This document shows, piece by piece, positions 27,290 through 41,271 of a DNA stretch of 64,000 nt. The notes under the pieces are model-generated. The model was not told the DNA's origin. It did no database searches and saw nothing but the letters and a program-made list of their open reading frames with translations. The DNA lies in the NCBI GenBank assembly GCA_964016885.1, contig OZ024745.1:39680001-39744000 (forward strand), written 5' to 3'. Origin of the DNA: Eledone cirrhosa. Taxonomy: Eukaryota. How positions within the stretch are numbered: position 1 is the stretch's first letter; the number at the start of each line of letters is the position of its first letter. A program made the translations under genes and the position numbers.

Positions 27290-30200
27290 TTCCCATCATT
27301 TCCACTCCATTTCAACATCACCTCACTCAGAATAGGCAGCATAAATGCGCGTGGCTTGGGGTCGTCATGGAGGCAGGGACACCTGCTGAACGACCTCATG
27401 TCACTATACATAGATGTAGTGGCCATCAGCGAGACCAGAATCTCCGAAGCACGGGCCTTCGCACCGATCTTCGGCGGCTACGATGTGTACGCATCTCCCA
27501 GGCGTCCCGGATCGGGGGTTGGAGTTGCTGTGCTTTTTCGGAGAGGTTTGGATCTCGCCATACGGGCCATCTTCCTGGACCCAGAAGGTAATTTGTGGTG
27601 CTGGAAGTGACCAGCTCAGACGATCAAGCTTTCAGGCTCGTGGCTGTCTATGCCCCGACAGGAGCAGGGTGGCCTGATTTCTTACGGCGTCTGGAAACCT
27701 TTCTGGAAACCGCTCTTTAGTGTTAGTGGGCGGCTGGAACGGGATCTTAGATGCACGCTGGGACTGTGTGGCATTATCGGATTGGGGAGGCGTGGGCAAG
27801 AGCCTCACCAACCTGCACAGGCGTATGAACTGTCTGACAGGTACCGATTGGATTTCCCGAATGTGCCAATGTGGACTTGGACAAATGGCACGGGTCATTC
27901 AGATTATATCTAGATAGAGTATTTTGTAGGGAAATATATAGGTCTAGCATAGGCTGTCCATAATTCAAGATAGTCAGCTACACGGACCACACATTCCTGA
28001 TCTGTGTGGCTGACTTAGATAGGCTTCATAGACAAGGACCCGGCTACTGGAAGCTAAACGCGTACTTACCAGCGCGCAAGGCCTACAGAGACCGGATTAG
28101 CGAACTAGTTAAGCGGGCTTTGACGGGGGTCATCGTCAACAACAAGTGGTGGTTTGCTCTGAAAAGAGCGATTAGAATATAGTCCATTAGAATGTAATCC
28201 ATATAGTAAGGCTATAGAGAAAAATAGAGCAAAGGGATAAGTAGTTAGAAAATTAGACAAGGCGCTTAGCAAAAGCATCGCGACCGACGTACTTGCGTCG
28301 AAATTGGCCCTTTACCAATTCTTCAATGCAAAGCACGAAGGCTGCGTTGTCACAGCTATGGTGCGTGCTCTCAGACACAAGGGGACGAAAGCGGTTCAAT
28401 GAGCCCGAGTGGCGGAGGCGCGTCGTGCCAACAAAACCACGATCCGGTCTTTGGTGGAACACGTCGGGCGCAAGCTTCTCGATCCCGGGCAATTGTGTGA
28501 AGCTTTTTATCGACACTTCGCTCAGCTGTTTGGGGGCAGCGGCGGGCTGGATCGAGGGATAGGCTTTAGTGGCTACATCGACGGACTGCGAGCCACTGAG
28601 GCGGAGTGTTGCGAAAAGCCGATAACAGCCGCTGAAGTTTTGGATGGTCTGCCCAATGAACTTTGCGTACAGATGCCAGACTTGTTCGGAGGCCTCTTGC
28701 GGACGTCTACTGCAACTGGCAACAGAACAGGAGAATTCCCAGCTCTGTGAGCCGAGGAGCGGTGGCGTTGCTGAGAAAGGATCCGAACAAGGGGGATAAT
28801 ATAGATAATTTCAGGCCCATAACTCTGCTAAACACAGAGTTCGAGATTTTGGCCAAGGTGCTAGCAAAGAGGTTGGCGCTTGTCATTGGTGGTCTGCGGG
28901 GAGAGGCGCAGACGTGCGCCTATCCCGACAGATCCATCCACAACCACTTCCACCTCATGCGATACATCGTGGAGAGGGAAGCTAGGGAACCTGGCACGGG
29001 TGGCGTTTGATCAATATAGATCAGTAGAAAGCTTTTGATAGGGTCGACCATCGTTACCTAGCGGCGGTCCTTTGGGCGGCTGGTTTTGGGCCCGTCTTCA
29101 GAGGCTGGATCACTACCATGCACAGCGACATCTGCTCTGTGGCGAGAGTGAACGGTTACCTTTCGGAACCGTGACTCTTGAGCCATTACTGCACAAGCTG
29201 GAGACGTTGAGGGGGGTCCTGCGATCTAGGATGCGGAAGATCCGTGTCAGCATATGCGGACGATGTGACCGTAGTGATATCGAACGCCAAACACATCGAG
29301 GCGATCGGCACTACACTAAGAGAATACGAAGCGGTGACAGGAGCACTGATCAACCAGGAAAAGTCAGTGGGCCCGCAGCTCGGCACCTGGAGAGGCATAT
29401 CCATGCAGTCCAACTGCGACGTCGGGCGCTGGACGGACGGACCGTTTAAATTGCTAGGGCTCTGGATTGGTCTGGACCTCCAGACGGACAAACACTGGGA
29501 CGAGGTGACGAGCAGGGTGGCTTCTCTCAGCCAGATATGGGCGGATAGGAAGCTATCCCTGAAAGGTCGAGCGGAGGTGGCTAACGCGTACAACGCGTCC
29601 GTCAATACTACCGCCTGACCGTCGTACCTTGTCCTAAGCCTCGCCTGACTGCGCTGGAGCGTTTGCTCTTTCGCATTTTGTGGAAGGGACGCGCTCCGAT
29701 GGTCAAGCGGTCCATCTGACGTGGATGGATTGGCATGCCGTGGCTGATGATGCGCAGGCATGCGCTCAGGCTACGACATCTCCAACTCTTCTTCGACGGT
29801 GATCAGGTGTGGTCGCCGTTTGCTAGACACGTCTTTCCCTAGCTCGTCTCCTTGACGGATCTGCGGCCCTGGGTCAAGCGAAGACAGAGAGCGAGCGCTT
29901 GGAGACTAGAATGTCTTTAGGCGCTCACAGCCCTCGACCAATCGGGCAATTATTCGTTGGAAACTCCACCTTGGTGTTCTAGAGAGGATTAGTGGAGAGA
30001 AAGAGCGACGACGTATTTGGGGAAACTCTAGGCGTCGACGAAAATCAACAAGCCAATCTCTTCGGAAGAACTTTCGGATCGGGGCCTATGGACAACTTCC
30101 AGAAATCCCAGGACTGGCACTGCTACCAAGGCGCTTTGCCAGTTCGGGATAAATTCTACAGGCATGGAGGTGCCGTTAGCCGGGCATGTCCGAGATGCGC

Positions 30201-30583
30201 GCAGGGCGTCCAAACCGTCCTGCATTGCTGACTTGTGGGTTTATGTCGAACACCTGCTGCCGCGTGTAGGACGGATCCAGCTATCAGCTGAGTCCATCGT
30301 GAGGATTGCCCCCCCCCCTCCCCCCGGTTTCCTTTAGCCGGGAAGGGCAGGCAGTTTTTATCTGTCTGGTGGCCATGGCGAAAGAGATAGTATGGTGGAC
30401 ACGTTTGAAAGGGCTGAAGACAACCTCTTCGGTGATGCCCTTATTAACTTTTTCAAATTTCATTTAAAAAGGAAAATCAGGGTAGAAAGGGAAGTGCTCT
30501 CTTCCCAGCATTTTGTTGAAAGATTGGTGAGAGAGGCAAGAATGGCCCGAGTGAATGGGCCTACTCTGAGTATGTGTCTGTAA
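27290..30583 (+). pseudogene. LINE ORF2 remnant (APE endonuclease, RT, C-terminal cysteine motif)
   Basis: IGSINARGL, ISET, VYAP, YTDH, GPGYWKLN, FRPITLLN, KAFDRVDH, AYADD, INQEKS, CPRC..TVLH; many frameshifts and stops. Confidence 0.9.
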
Positions 30584-30831
30584 ATTAAAGGTGGAAAACT
30601 GGGAGAGGGCACTTGCCCTGGTGGTCAGGGTCACTGTGGCTTTTTCATGGGCTTTCTCCCCGAATGTCCCTCGGAATATCCCCCCTATTGGGGAATTTTT
30701 TCATTGTTCTATTATTACATCCCCTGTTTCTTGTTTTTTACACGCAGAAATGCCCATGTCAACCGCCCTGTATTGTCCTGTACTGTCCTTAATGTCTACT
30801 TTATGTAGACCCTTGTGGTTAATAAAGAAAG

Positions 30832-30868
<37 letters not shown>

Positions 30869-33836
30869 GATCTGTTCGGACGTCTTTTTGCTCTCTCACA
30901 GTAAGTCGTTTTATTTACCTGTTATAATTATTTGTTGTTAAATTATTTTTGTTGTGTGATTGATATAAGCCTTTGGACTTTACCCTGTGAAGGGAAAAGT
31001 ATAACATTTGGCCTTTTAGCCCAAATATTTGAACATTTTACTTTTAAAAATAAAAAAAACCATGACTGAGCCCCCACCCCAGCCTACCCCAGTAATATAT
31101 CTGCTGTCGTGTGACAATGGCGTAAACGTTGTGAGGAGGGACACAGAAATTGATACAATAAAGTCACCACAAACAATGTGAACAAAGACAATACCAACTC
31201 CAACAATAACAGCGACAACCAAAATACATACAAGAGAAAAAAAATGACAACAAATGCAACAACGATATTAACACGATTAACAAGAAAATAAACAACGACA
31301 ATACCAAGAGCAACAATACAAATTGCATCGAAAACAACAACAACGGTGGCACCAAAAACAAAACCAACTACAACAGTGATAACAGCAACAACACCAACAA
31401 CACCGTTTGTAGCAGTAGCAACAACAACAGCACCAACAACAAGACCAGTAGCAGCAGTAGCGGCAGCAATGATGAGGCCGGTGTAAAAAGGGCCTCTTCT
31501 TTCGCAGGTGTGGGTCGAAATAAAGAGACAGTGCAAGTCACGGAGGAGGAGATGGCTGTCGCAAGAGCCATGGTGACAAGAAATGACAATAGAGTTTCCG
31601 TGAAACACGGAGTATGAGGCGGGATGAGAATGGCAAACGGTCAGCCACAAAAAACAAAAAGCAAAAAAATCCTTAGCTTCACCTCCAAATGCGAAGGTAA
31701 ACAAAGAGGGGTAAAGGCTGCAAGGAGATCTGCAGCAACACCACCACCATCACCACCACCACCACAAGCATCACCACCAACAACAACCACACCACCACCA
31801 GCATCACCACAAACACCAACATCGCAAACACAACAAAGCTCACATACGCCCAACAGCAACAACAAGAAAACAGCAACAAAACCACCCCTCCCACCAAAAG
31901 GTACACAACCATAAACATGCCAAATAAAGAACTCTTACATCATATAAGGCAGCACACAGACATCACGGAAAATATTACTACACACCACCAACACCAAGAA
32001 CTCTCACGAAAAATATAAAGATTATTGAAATCAAAATAGAACATTATACACATTGAAAAGGAAAATTCTCCAACGCAGTTGGAGACTCCAGGGAGTCCAT
32101 TTCCAAGAGGATCTCCCAGCCATCCATGTATACGGATCTCCCAGCCGTCCTGGATCGGGGGGAAGGATTTTCCGTGCTTTTTCGTGGAGGCTTGGATCTC
32201 GCCATACAGGCCCTCTTCCTGGATCCAGAAGGTAAGTCGGTGGTGCTGGGCTTGACTGGCAGCGAAGGCAATGCTTCCAGGCTAGTAGCCGTCTACGCCC
32301 AAACAGGGGAAGTACGGCAAGATTTCTTCAGACGTCTAGAGACCTTTCTTGGAACGTCCCGCTCTTTAGTATTAGTGGGCGACTGGAACGGTATCTTAGA
32401 TGCACGCTGGGATTATGTGGGCCTAGTAGACAGGGCAGTAGGGGTAAAAGCCTCAACAACCTGCTCAGACGTTTTGAACTGTCACGAGCAGAATGGCCTC
32501 TCTCACCCAGAAATGGGCCGAGAGGAGGCTGTCTCTGAAATGTCGAGCGCAGGTGGCGAATGCGTACATAGCGTCCGTCATTTGCTACCGCCTGACCGGT
32601 GTACCTTTCCCCCGCCCAACTCTGACCTAAATGGAGCGCCTTCTCTCCCGCTTTTTGTGGAAGGGACGTGCTCCCAGGGTAAGAGATCCATTTGGCTGTC
32701 AACACCCCTTGCGTGGAGGACTAGGCTTGCCGTGGCTGATGATGCGCAAACATGCGCTGAGGCTGCGACATCTCATCTCTGGTTCTTCCTTGACGGTGTG
32801 GTTACGCTTTGCTAGACGCGATTTTCCCCAGTTCGTCTCCTTCACGGAGCTGCAGTCCTGGATCAGGAATATACCCAAGGATAGCGCTTGGAACCTGGAA
32901 TGTCTCCAAGGGCCGACCGCCCTCTACCAGCTGGGCGCTAGTATCGGTGGAACATCCACCTCGGCGTTCTATAGAGGGCTAGTGGAAGGAAAGAGCGACG
33001 ACGTTCCCAGGGAGACCCTGGGCGTCGAAGGCGACCAGCTGTTCGCTCTCAGACCGGGTCCTATGGACAACTTCCAGAAATCCCTAGCGTGGCAGTGCTA
33101 CTGGGGAGCGTTGCCGGTTCAGGATAAGATCTACAGGCGCGGAGGTGCTGTCACCCAAGATGCGCGCATGGCGACGAAACCGTCCTGGATGCACTCGTTC
33201 AGTGGCCGAGGATTGCTGACTTGTGGAGCTATGTCGAACGGATCCGGTTATCGACTGAGTCCATTGTGCAGATAGCCCCGCCATCCTCCCTTAGAAGGGA
33301 GGATGGGCAGGCAGTTTTGATCTTCCTGGTGGCCATGGCGGAAGAGATTGTGTGGTGGACAAGGTTGAAAGAGTTGAAGTCGGACATTTTCCACACCGGC
33401 CCATCCCTGATTAACTTTTTCAAGTTCCTCTTGCAGAGGAAAATCTGGGTGAAGCGGCAAGTGTTGTCTTCTAGTAAGTTTGTTGAAAGGTGGGTGAAAG
33501 TGGCGAGTCTGATTCGAGTGAACGGGCCTGCTCTGAGTAGCGCCTCTAGTCTGAGGAGTGTAACACTGAGAGAGGGCGCTTGCCCTGGTGGTGAGGGTGG
33601 CTGTGTTCTTGTGTGTCGTTTTGGCCACGAGTGAGCATCGGAGATGTCACCCTCTTCAGGGATTTTTTGTTGTTTGAATTGTTTTTTATTTCTATCCCAA
33701 TTTAGATCTTGTTATAACCTGTTTACACGACCATAACCCACTTTGTATCGTCCTGTACTCTTCTGTGCCGTCTATAATGTTTTTCTTCATGTTAGGCCTT
33801 GTGGCCAATAAAGAAACCTTTATTATCATTATTATT
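30869..33836 (+). mobile_element. Second Tx1/L1-like LINE copy with RT deleted
   Basis: ORF1-like region; APE fragment 32110-32470 joined directly to the post-RT region (GGLGLP, DNFQKSLAWQC); (TTA)n tail. Confidence 0.85.
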
Positions 33837-33960
33837 GACTTTGCCTTTCATCCTTACGGGGTCGATAAAAATAAAGTACCAGTAATGCACTGGTTGATTG
33901 CTGGCCTTGTGCCTAAAGTAGAAACAATTATTATTATTATTATTATATTATTATTATTGT
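33837..33960 (+). mobile_element. SINE 3' half
   Basis: Core plus tail. Confidence 0.85.
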
Positions 33961-33964
33961 TGTT

Positions 33965-34535
33965 ATTCCTTGAATCTCAGTCATTGATGTTGGTTAACTG
34001 GAAAGTCCGTTGGAATGAATATCAAGCCACTACCTGCAGCCTCAGATATTCAGGACGTATCGGAGGGTTCTTGCTGTTCCCAGCAAGCATGCCTTTTGAA
34101 GCGTTCCAAAAAGCTTGAAGGGGCCGATTTTCTTTAACCATCCCTGGAAACTTTTGGAGATAGTCCCCAGTGCGCCTATGACAATCGGGATCACTTTGAC
34201 TTCATAGCAGTTCCAAATCCTTTTCACCTCCCACTTTAGGTCCTGGTATCGGTTAATTTTCTCCCTCTCCTTCTCTTGCACTCTCGTGTCGAAAGGGCAG
34301 GCCACATCCACAATCAGACATGATCTTTTTTCTTTGTCCACAACCACCAGGTCAGGTCTATTGTGTTCCAGTTTTTTGTCCGTCTGTATCCTAAAATCCC
34401 ACAGCACCTTCACCTGATTGTTCTCCATCACCGCCTCTGGCCTATGCTCATACCATTTCTCAGAATGTGGTAAATTGTTTACTTTGCACAGGTGCCAGTG
34501 GATCACCCTGCCCATCACATCGTGTCTCCAGCCCT
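33965..34535 (-). mobile_element. R4/Dong-clade 3' fragment with restriction-like endonuclease
   Basis: RHD..IHWHLC..WYEH.PE..LWDF.IQTD..HNRPD..VDVACP..EK..Y..L; open frame 34042-34518; (TAA)n tail. Confidence 0.9.
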
Positions 34536-34597
34536 TATAGTGGGTCTATTATTATTATTATTATTAGTAGTAGTAGTAGTAGTATTATTATTAGAAA

Positions 34598-34735
34598 TTT
34601 ACGATCTGAGTTCAAATCCCACGGAGGTTGACTTTGCCTTTCATCCTTAAGGGGTCGATAAAATAAAGTACCAGTAATGCACTGGTTATTGCTGGCCTTG
34701 TGCCTAAAGTAGAAACAATTATTATTATTATTAGA
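34598..34735 (+). mobile_element. SINE (5'-truncated)
   Basis: B-box, core and tail. Confidence 0.88.
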
Positions 34736-36127
34736 AATTATTTTCATTTTAAAATTAACGTATCTTTAATCCAGCCTTTATATGCTCAAATGCATTCCTG
34801 CTGTCATCATCAATTACTTTATTCAAACAGGACTATAATAACCAATCCAAGACTGTTCTAATGCTTCATTCCCTGATTATGTGAGTGAGATGGCATGTGC
34901 GATAACGAGTTGGATGAAGAGAAGAAATTAATAAGAAGGAGAGAGAGCAACACATATTGAGAGAGACTGATAAAAATAACTGGACGCATACTTGAGAAAG
35001 AACAAGAGCGAAAGAGAGATTTGACTGCTCTAACAAGATCTTCGAGCGATCCTATATAGGAATATCGTTATTGTTGTTGGTAGTACCGCTGCTTCTTTAA
35101 ATGCTGCAGCTGTTGATAAATATCACAGTGGTATATGTACACCGGCTATACACGGTACGAACACAAGGAAAAACATTCTGTTACTGTGATTACATATTTG
35201 TCTTCTTTCTGGGAATGTGAGCATGCATATGTTCATGCTTGGCTGCATATGTTCATGTGTGTATCTTGTAGTGTTGGCTATAAAATGTGAGTCTGTGACG
35301 ATTTAAAATTCTTTGTGAATTAGATTCTCTATCAATAGGTCCCTAATTATACGCCTTGTTTATCTGATTTTCTTCACCTCTTGTTATGATTTTGAAGTTT
35401 ATTATGACCGGCCACCTGCTCAGTGTTAAGGTTCTAAAAAGTAAAATCATGAAAATAAAAATCATGTCTTTTTAGACATTTTCATGTTATGTCAACCATT
35501 CATCCTTATAAAATTTAAGAAGTACTTGCAAATTTTTATTGTCACATATATAATCATCATTTGGAGCGTGTGAGTTTTAGAGCTTCGTGATTTCTCTAAG
35601 AAAGCAAGGATGTATTTCTCTTCGTCTGCCTGTATGTGTGTCTGCTGCCTAGGTTTGCATGTATGTACGTGTGTATGTATGAATGTATGTATGTAGGTAT
35701 GAATGTAGGTTTGTATGCATTTATGTATGTGTAAATGTGCGTATGAATGTATATATGCAAGCATATATATTAATGCATGTATGTATGCAAGCATATATTA
35801 ATGTATGGGTAATGTTTCTGCAACAGTGTATCTCTGCGTGCATATTTTTCTCTCGCTGAAAGTTTAGATATGATTTTGACCATCCACCCGATTGGTGGCA
35901 AGAAATGATTTGACAATAAAATGGGTACTTTTTATCTTAACATCAAAAGTTGCAAAGCTATTCATCCTATAAATATCAAGTTCTTGCAGATTTTTATTGT
36001 GGCAGATATTGTAATCTACTGAAGCGTAGGAATTATAGAACTATGATATTTCCAAGAACCCGAGTATGCATGTCTGTCTGTTTGTACGTATCTATCGACC
36101 CATCTATGCATATATATATATATATAT

Positions 36128-37097
36128 AGTAATAATAATAACTTTGAAGACTAAAATCCAAAGAGAGCTCGATAAGGATAAATATATATCAAATATATAA
36201 GAACCGTGGAGCAAATATTTACTAAAATTACAGATTAAAGTTTAAGCGAAGAATCGCTGCTATAGGCGTATATATTATATTATATATACTGGTACATGTG
36301 CATATGGTTATGTTTATACGTGAGTTTTGTGTCTCTGTAAGTATGTAGGTTCGTACGTATGTAGGGTGTCTGTACATGTGTACTTTGTGTTTTGGTTGAC
36401 ATACGTTTAGCGAACATATGTGTATTTACATGTAGGTATGTGTGTGCGCGCGTTATGTACGTATTTATGTGTGTATATTTATATATGTTTATATAATTAT
36501 ATGTATACACGCACACACACACACTCACATATAGATATATTTTTATATATATTTTTATGTGTATTTGGTGTATACGTTCGTGTGTGTGCGAGTACAGGCG
36601 TTGCGTGGGTTCTGTATGTGCGTGCGTGTTTGTTTGTGTACGTGCTGGTATTTGCATACCCATGGCGGGTGTTTTCGCGTATGCATGTGTATGTACGTAT
36701 ATGGATGCGTGCATGTATATATTTATTTTTTGTTGATTTCAATTACCTCTGTAATTTATTTACATTATTCTTAACTCTGAAGCCGAGAATCATTCGGTTC
36801 CTAAATAGAATATTAGTCTACGACTGCATTTATCCCATTAACGTGGTTTTGTCTTTGCGTGTAATTGTTTTCATCGCTCCAAATAATGACACATTAACTT
36901 CGTTTTTTCCGCTCTTTGAACGGGAACGTTTCCACGAACCAAAGTATCGTCTTCCTGTCTTCTTTTGGTTGCAACGTTTTTCGAAATATTTACTTCTGCG
37001 CTCACAGATGGATTTTTTTTAGTTTCAGAAGATCCCGTTAAGGGTGAAAGCAGCGATTCTTTGCTTAAACTTTAATCTGTTATTTTAATTAATATAT
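36128..37097 (+). mobile_element. Family A element with inverted 3' end at its 5' side
   Basis: 36128-36260 is the inverted family 3' end; body matches 54250-55070; (TA)n flanks. Confidence 0.8.
37021..37071 (+). ncRNA. Hammerhead-like motif, CAGAAGA core
   Basis: Same sequence as 172-222. Confidence 0.6.
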
Positions 37098-37099
37098 AT

Positions 37100-37189
<90 letters not shown>

Positions 37190-38155
37190 GTGTGTGTATG
37201 TGTAGGAATGTATAATGCTTGATGCATAGTGTAGAATGTGAAAACCAGTGTTATTCATTAGAGCTTTAACAATGTGAATTGAAGGTGGGATGTTACTAGT
37301 AATCCTTATCTTTCGAGATAAAATCTATATGTCAAAAGTTAATATAAGAAAATAGTGTCGGTGTTGTATTTATTTTTTGACGATCTTTAGCTGACATTTT
37401 TCGAAATCTGTATTAAGATTTTTTTCTTTCAACATTTTGAAGTAGAGAACATCGGTAGTGGGTCTTTTATTGTATTGTGTTCTCGATTTTCGGTTTCTAT
37501 TTACATAATACTAATATTTGAACACATCATTTAACCACCAATTGATCTGAACAGCAAACACTTATTACAACAGACACACGGGCGAACGTTATGTATATTA
37601 GTGTGAGTGTGTGCACGACAATTTGTTCCGACGACGATTGTTTAGTTTCTTGATCAACTGGTCCTGCTGGTGGAATTATCTTACATCTAGTTGAGTACTC
37701 CTCAGACAAGTGTAGACCTAATAGTCCTCTCATGTGTGGTCTTTTAAATTTCAGGGAAACATTTTTTTCCTAAGAGAAATAGAGCAATATGAAATATATA
37801 GAATACAACTCGCAACAGGGACGCGAACACGCCATCTTACGTTCATTTACTGACCTATTTTCTTTCACAAAACATATTTCTTCTGGAAGTATAGGACATT
37901 TGAAACCATAAATTCCTTAAGGACTCCTGTATTAGCAACAACTTTAAATGGTTCGGAAATCTCGGTTATTTTACTTCCAGACGGTTTCATAGAGATTTAT
38001 CCAATTCTGAATGAAAGATGATATTTGTGAGACGCTCTTCTTTGATTGGTGCAGTAGAACATACAAGCATATACCTAGAATGTTGAAATGTGGATCTATA
38101 CATAGACATATATATATATGTATATATATATGTATACACACACACACACACAAAT

Positions 38156-38219
<64 letters not shown>

Positions 38220-38220
38220 T

Positions 38221-38540
38221 TATTAAAATAACAGATTAAAGATTAAGCAAAGAATCGCTGCTTTCACCCTTAACGGGATCTTCTGAAACTAACAAAGTCA
38301 ATCTGTAAACGCATAACTGGGTATTTCAAAAAAACGTTGACGGGTATGTTCTTTGTAGAAATATTCAGATGTTGTTTCTGCATGATGAATATAAGTCAGT
38401 AGAGTGCTCAACTGAGGGAGTAAACTTTAATCTGTTATTTTAATAAATATTTGCTCTACGGTTCTTATATATTTGATATATATTTATCCTTATCGAGCCC
38501 TCTTTGTATTTTAGTCTTCAAATTTATTATTATTACTATA
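38221..38540. mobile_element. Family A mini fold-back
   Basis: Inverted 3' end 38221-38340 (motif at 38240-38290, minus strand), unrelated spacer, forward 3' end 38421-38540. Confidence 0.75.
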
Positions 38541-38559
38541 TATATATATATATATATAT

Positions 38560-38854
38560 ATCCAGGGAGTGTAACGTGAAGTTACTTTAGGTTCACCCAG
38601 GTGAGCACTCGATGTAACGAGGTGTCGGGCTAAAGAGAGTGTAAATATAATAATACAAGGATGCATTGTTATCCCTTCATTACGTTTATTGATTGGTCAC
38701 GCGCGATTCGCTAATTGATCAGCTCAAATTTCGATCTGTATCGATCTAAATCTGTGATATAGATCGAACCTTGAGCTGATCAATAGCGAAACTGGCGTCA
38801 CAAATCAATAACGGTAAGGAAGGCATAACAATTAGTCCTTGTATTATTATATAC
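38560..38854. mobile_element. Family D element with internal fold-back
   Basis: 38646-38740 is imperfectly inverted relative to 38757-38852; homologous to 6290-6484. Confidence 0.65.
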
Positions 38855-38864
38855 GCACACAAAG

Positions 38865-39030
38865 GGCGGTGGTTTGGTAGTATCGGTAGAGGGTCGGATG
38901 TAATGCTTTGACGCAAAGAGTTACGGCCCTTTCTATTCTGAGTTCAAATCCCGCCGAGGTTAACTTTTCTTTTCATCCTTATGGGGTCGATAAAATAAAG
39001 TACCAGTAATATACTGATTTGATGGCCTGT
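38865..39030 (+). mobile_element. tRNA-derived SINE
   Basis: A/B boxes and core. Confidence 0.88.
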
Positions 39031-39398
39031 GTGTGTATGTGTGTGTGTCATATGATGATTGTTTTGCAAGCAAGGACACAAGGTGTTTTGAACAATTAAT
39101 TTTTAATATTGCCTAAATTGGAGCGCTGCATATCAGTATACTATTGCGATGGGGATGGAATGCCTTGAGGTATTTCTTTGGTACACTTTGAACAATTATT
39201 ATTAATATCGAATTTTACTTTTATTTTTCTCTGGTGATCGATAAATGAAGAAATAGTAGCTTTAAATTATTGGTGTTCAGTAAGTCAACACTCTGTTCAA
39301 TATCATTAAAGCATTGTGCATCTGTTTGCAATATGTTTCAAGCATTAAACATTGACGATTAAATAGTGTACATTGCACAAAACACCTAACCTTATATA

Positions 39399-39458
<60 letters not shown>

Positions 39459-39496
39459 CGTGTGTGTGTGTATGTGTGTGTGTATTTATATATGTT

Positions 39497-39571
<75 letters not shown>

Positions 39572-40568
39572 ATGTGTGTGTGTATACATATATATGTATG
39601 TGTTAGTGTGTGCGTTTGTGGGTGTGTGTGCAAATATGCTTTACATATAGAAGATTCTTTTGCTAACTATAAACATTTAAATGGAAAGGATGTGGTGTTG
39701 CATGGATGTTTATGCTATATATTAAGTGGAGGTCTTATGACAATAGTGACCTATTGTCATACATAATATCAACATCATCTTAACAAAAATGGATGTGTAT
39801 GATTCACTACCATATTTATACCAATGTATAAAAAGAGAAATTAATTTCGATGGCCTAAATACAAATATGTATATACATGCACACATATCTATATCTACAA
39901 ATATGTATATACATGCATACATATCTATATCTACACGCACACATACATATACGCACACAGATACACCCAACCACAAATACATACACGTATATATGTATAA
40001 ATTTATCGTTGCCTGAGTGTAGAAATATAATCACAAATCAAGAAGCCTCCATGTGTAAAGAAATTTAAATACCTTATGTAAAACATATTGCAATCTGGAA
40101 TATACCTTCCTAGGTACTAGAATGTTTCTCTGTTTTACATAATCCGAAATGCATATTTATATGAATACACACATATATATGTATGTAAATACGTAAATAC
40201 ATACATACATTTGTGGCTTTTTTTATGTTGACTTAGGTTTTCCCCTTAAATAAAGGATTTGCGTTCTGACTTTCTTTAGTTTGTTGGGTTTTGTTTTGCT
40301 AATTTTGTTAATTTTATTATTATTAATCTGTGCTGAACGTGTTCCCTCTTTTCTCAACAAAATTTCAAGCAATTACATATTTTACTTTCTTCTTCTTGCC
40401 TTCATTTCTTTTTTTTTTCTTCCTTCTTTCTATACGTTCTTTTCTCAGTTGCAAGTGACTATCGTTGTCATAAAATGCATAATACATTTTCATAGTCCTT
40501 ACTTAAAATTGTATGTGTACCTGAGTTGTCTTAAATGCTGAAAGTTATTATTTTTTCTTCACGGACAG

Positions 40569-40621
40569 CACTTTGGTTTGTGTCAGAAGCTGTGACCCCG
40601 GGTGGACCAGAAGTACCGTCG
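40569..40621 (+). other. Possible small host exon
   Basis: Polypyrimidine tract plus CAG before, GTATGT after; GC-rich island open in at least two frames (LWFVSEAVTPGGPEVPS or TLVCVRSCDPGWTRSTV). Confidence 0.25.
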
Positions 40622-40864
40622 GTATGTTTGCAAACTGACAAATCCAACTCAATGATTCATCTTTGTTTCTTGATCTAAAACGAAATGGTTCATTTTTTTG
40701 GGGTTTATTGAACATGAAATGGTTCATTTTGTTTTTTGATTAAAATAAAGTTTTCAAGATTTCATTTTTTTTTTCATTCTGCCATGTTTTTGTTCCTTGT
40801 CATCGCTTTGCTTATTTATCTAATTTTCATATTATATATCTGCCTCAATAATTTCAAATTTATA

Positions 40865-41012
40865 GTGGATTGGATTTATCGGTAGAGTGTCAGACACCAT
40901 GCTTTGCAGGATAGAGTTAACGTTGCCTTTAATCCGTACGGGGTCGATAACATAAAGTATCAGTAATGGACTGTGGTAATTGCCGAACTTGTGCCAAAAT
41001 TAGAACCAATCA
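40865..41012 (+). mobile_element. SINE with internal deletion
   Basis: Head, core and tail motifs. Confidence 0.8.
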
Positions 41013-41271
41013 TATAAATATATACATATATAGTATATAGTATATAAAATAAGTGAGATTGCAACTTCAGAGATGCAAAATATAACATTCGCATGGCATG
41101 CTTTGATATTTTTTAAAGGCTCAAAATCAATAGCAACTACATAACATACTGTAACACGTGGCTTAACACCGATACAATTTGCTCATTAGACGCTTGCACG
41201 CACGATTATAATTAAACTCTGTTTTCAGGAAGTATCAAGGGGTTTATATATAGTCAACTTTATGATCGTAA

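Larger units (their letters stand above)
24979..30868 (+). mobile_element. Near-full-length decayed Tx1/L1-clade LINE
   Basis: ORF1 and ORF2 remnants, AATAAA and (TTA)n tail; preceded by (TTA)n. Confidence 0.9.
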
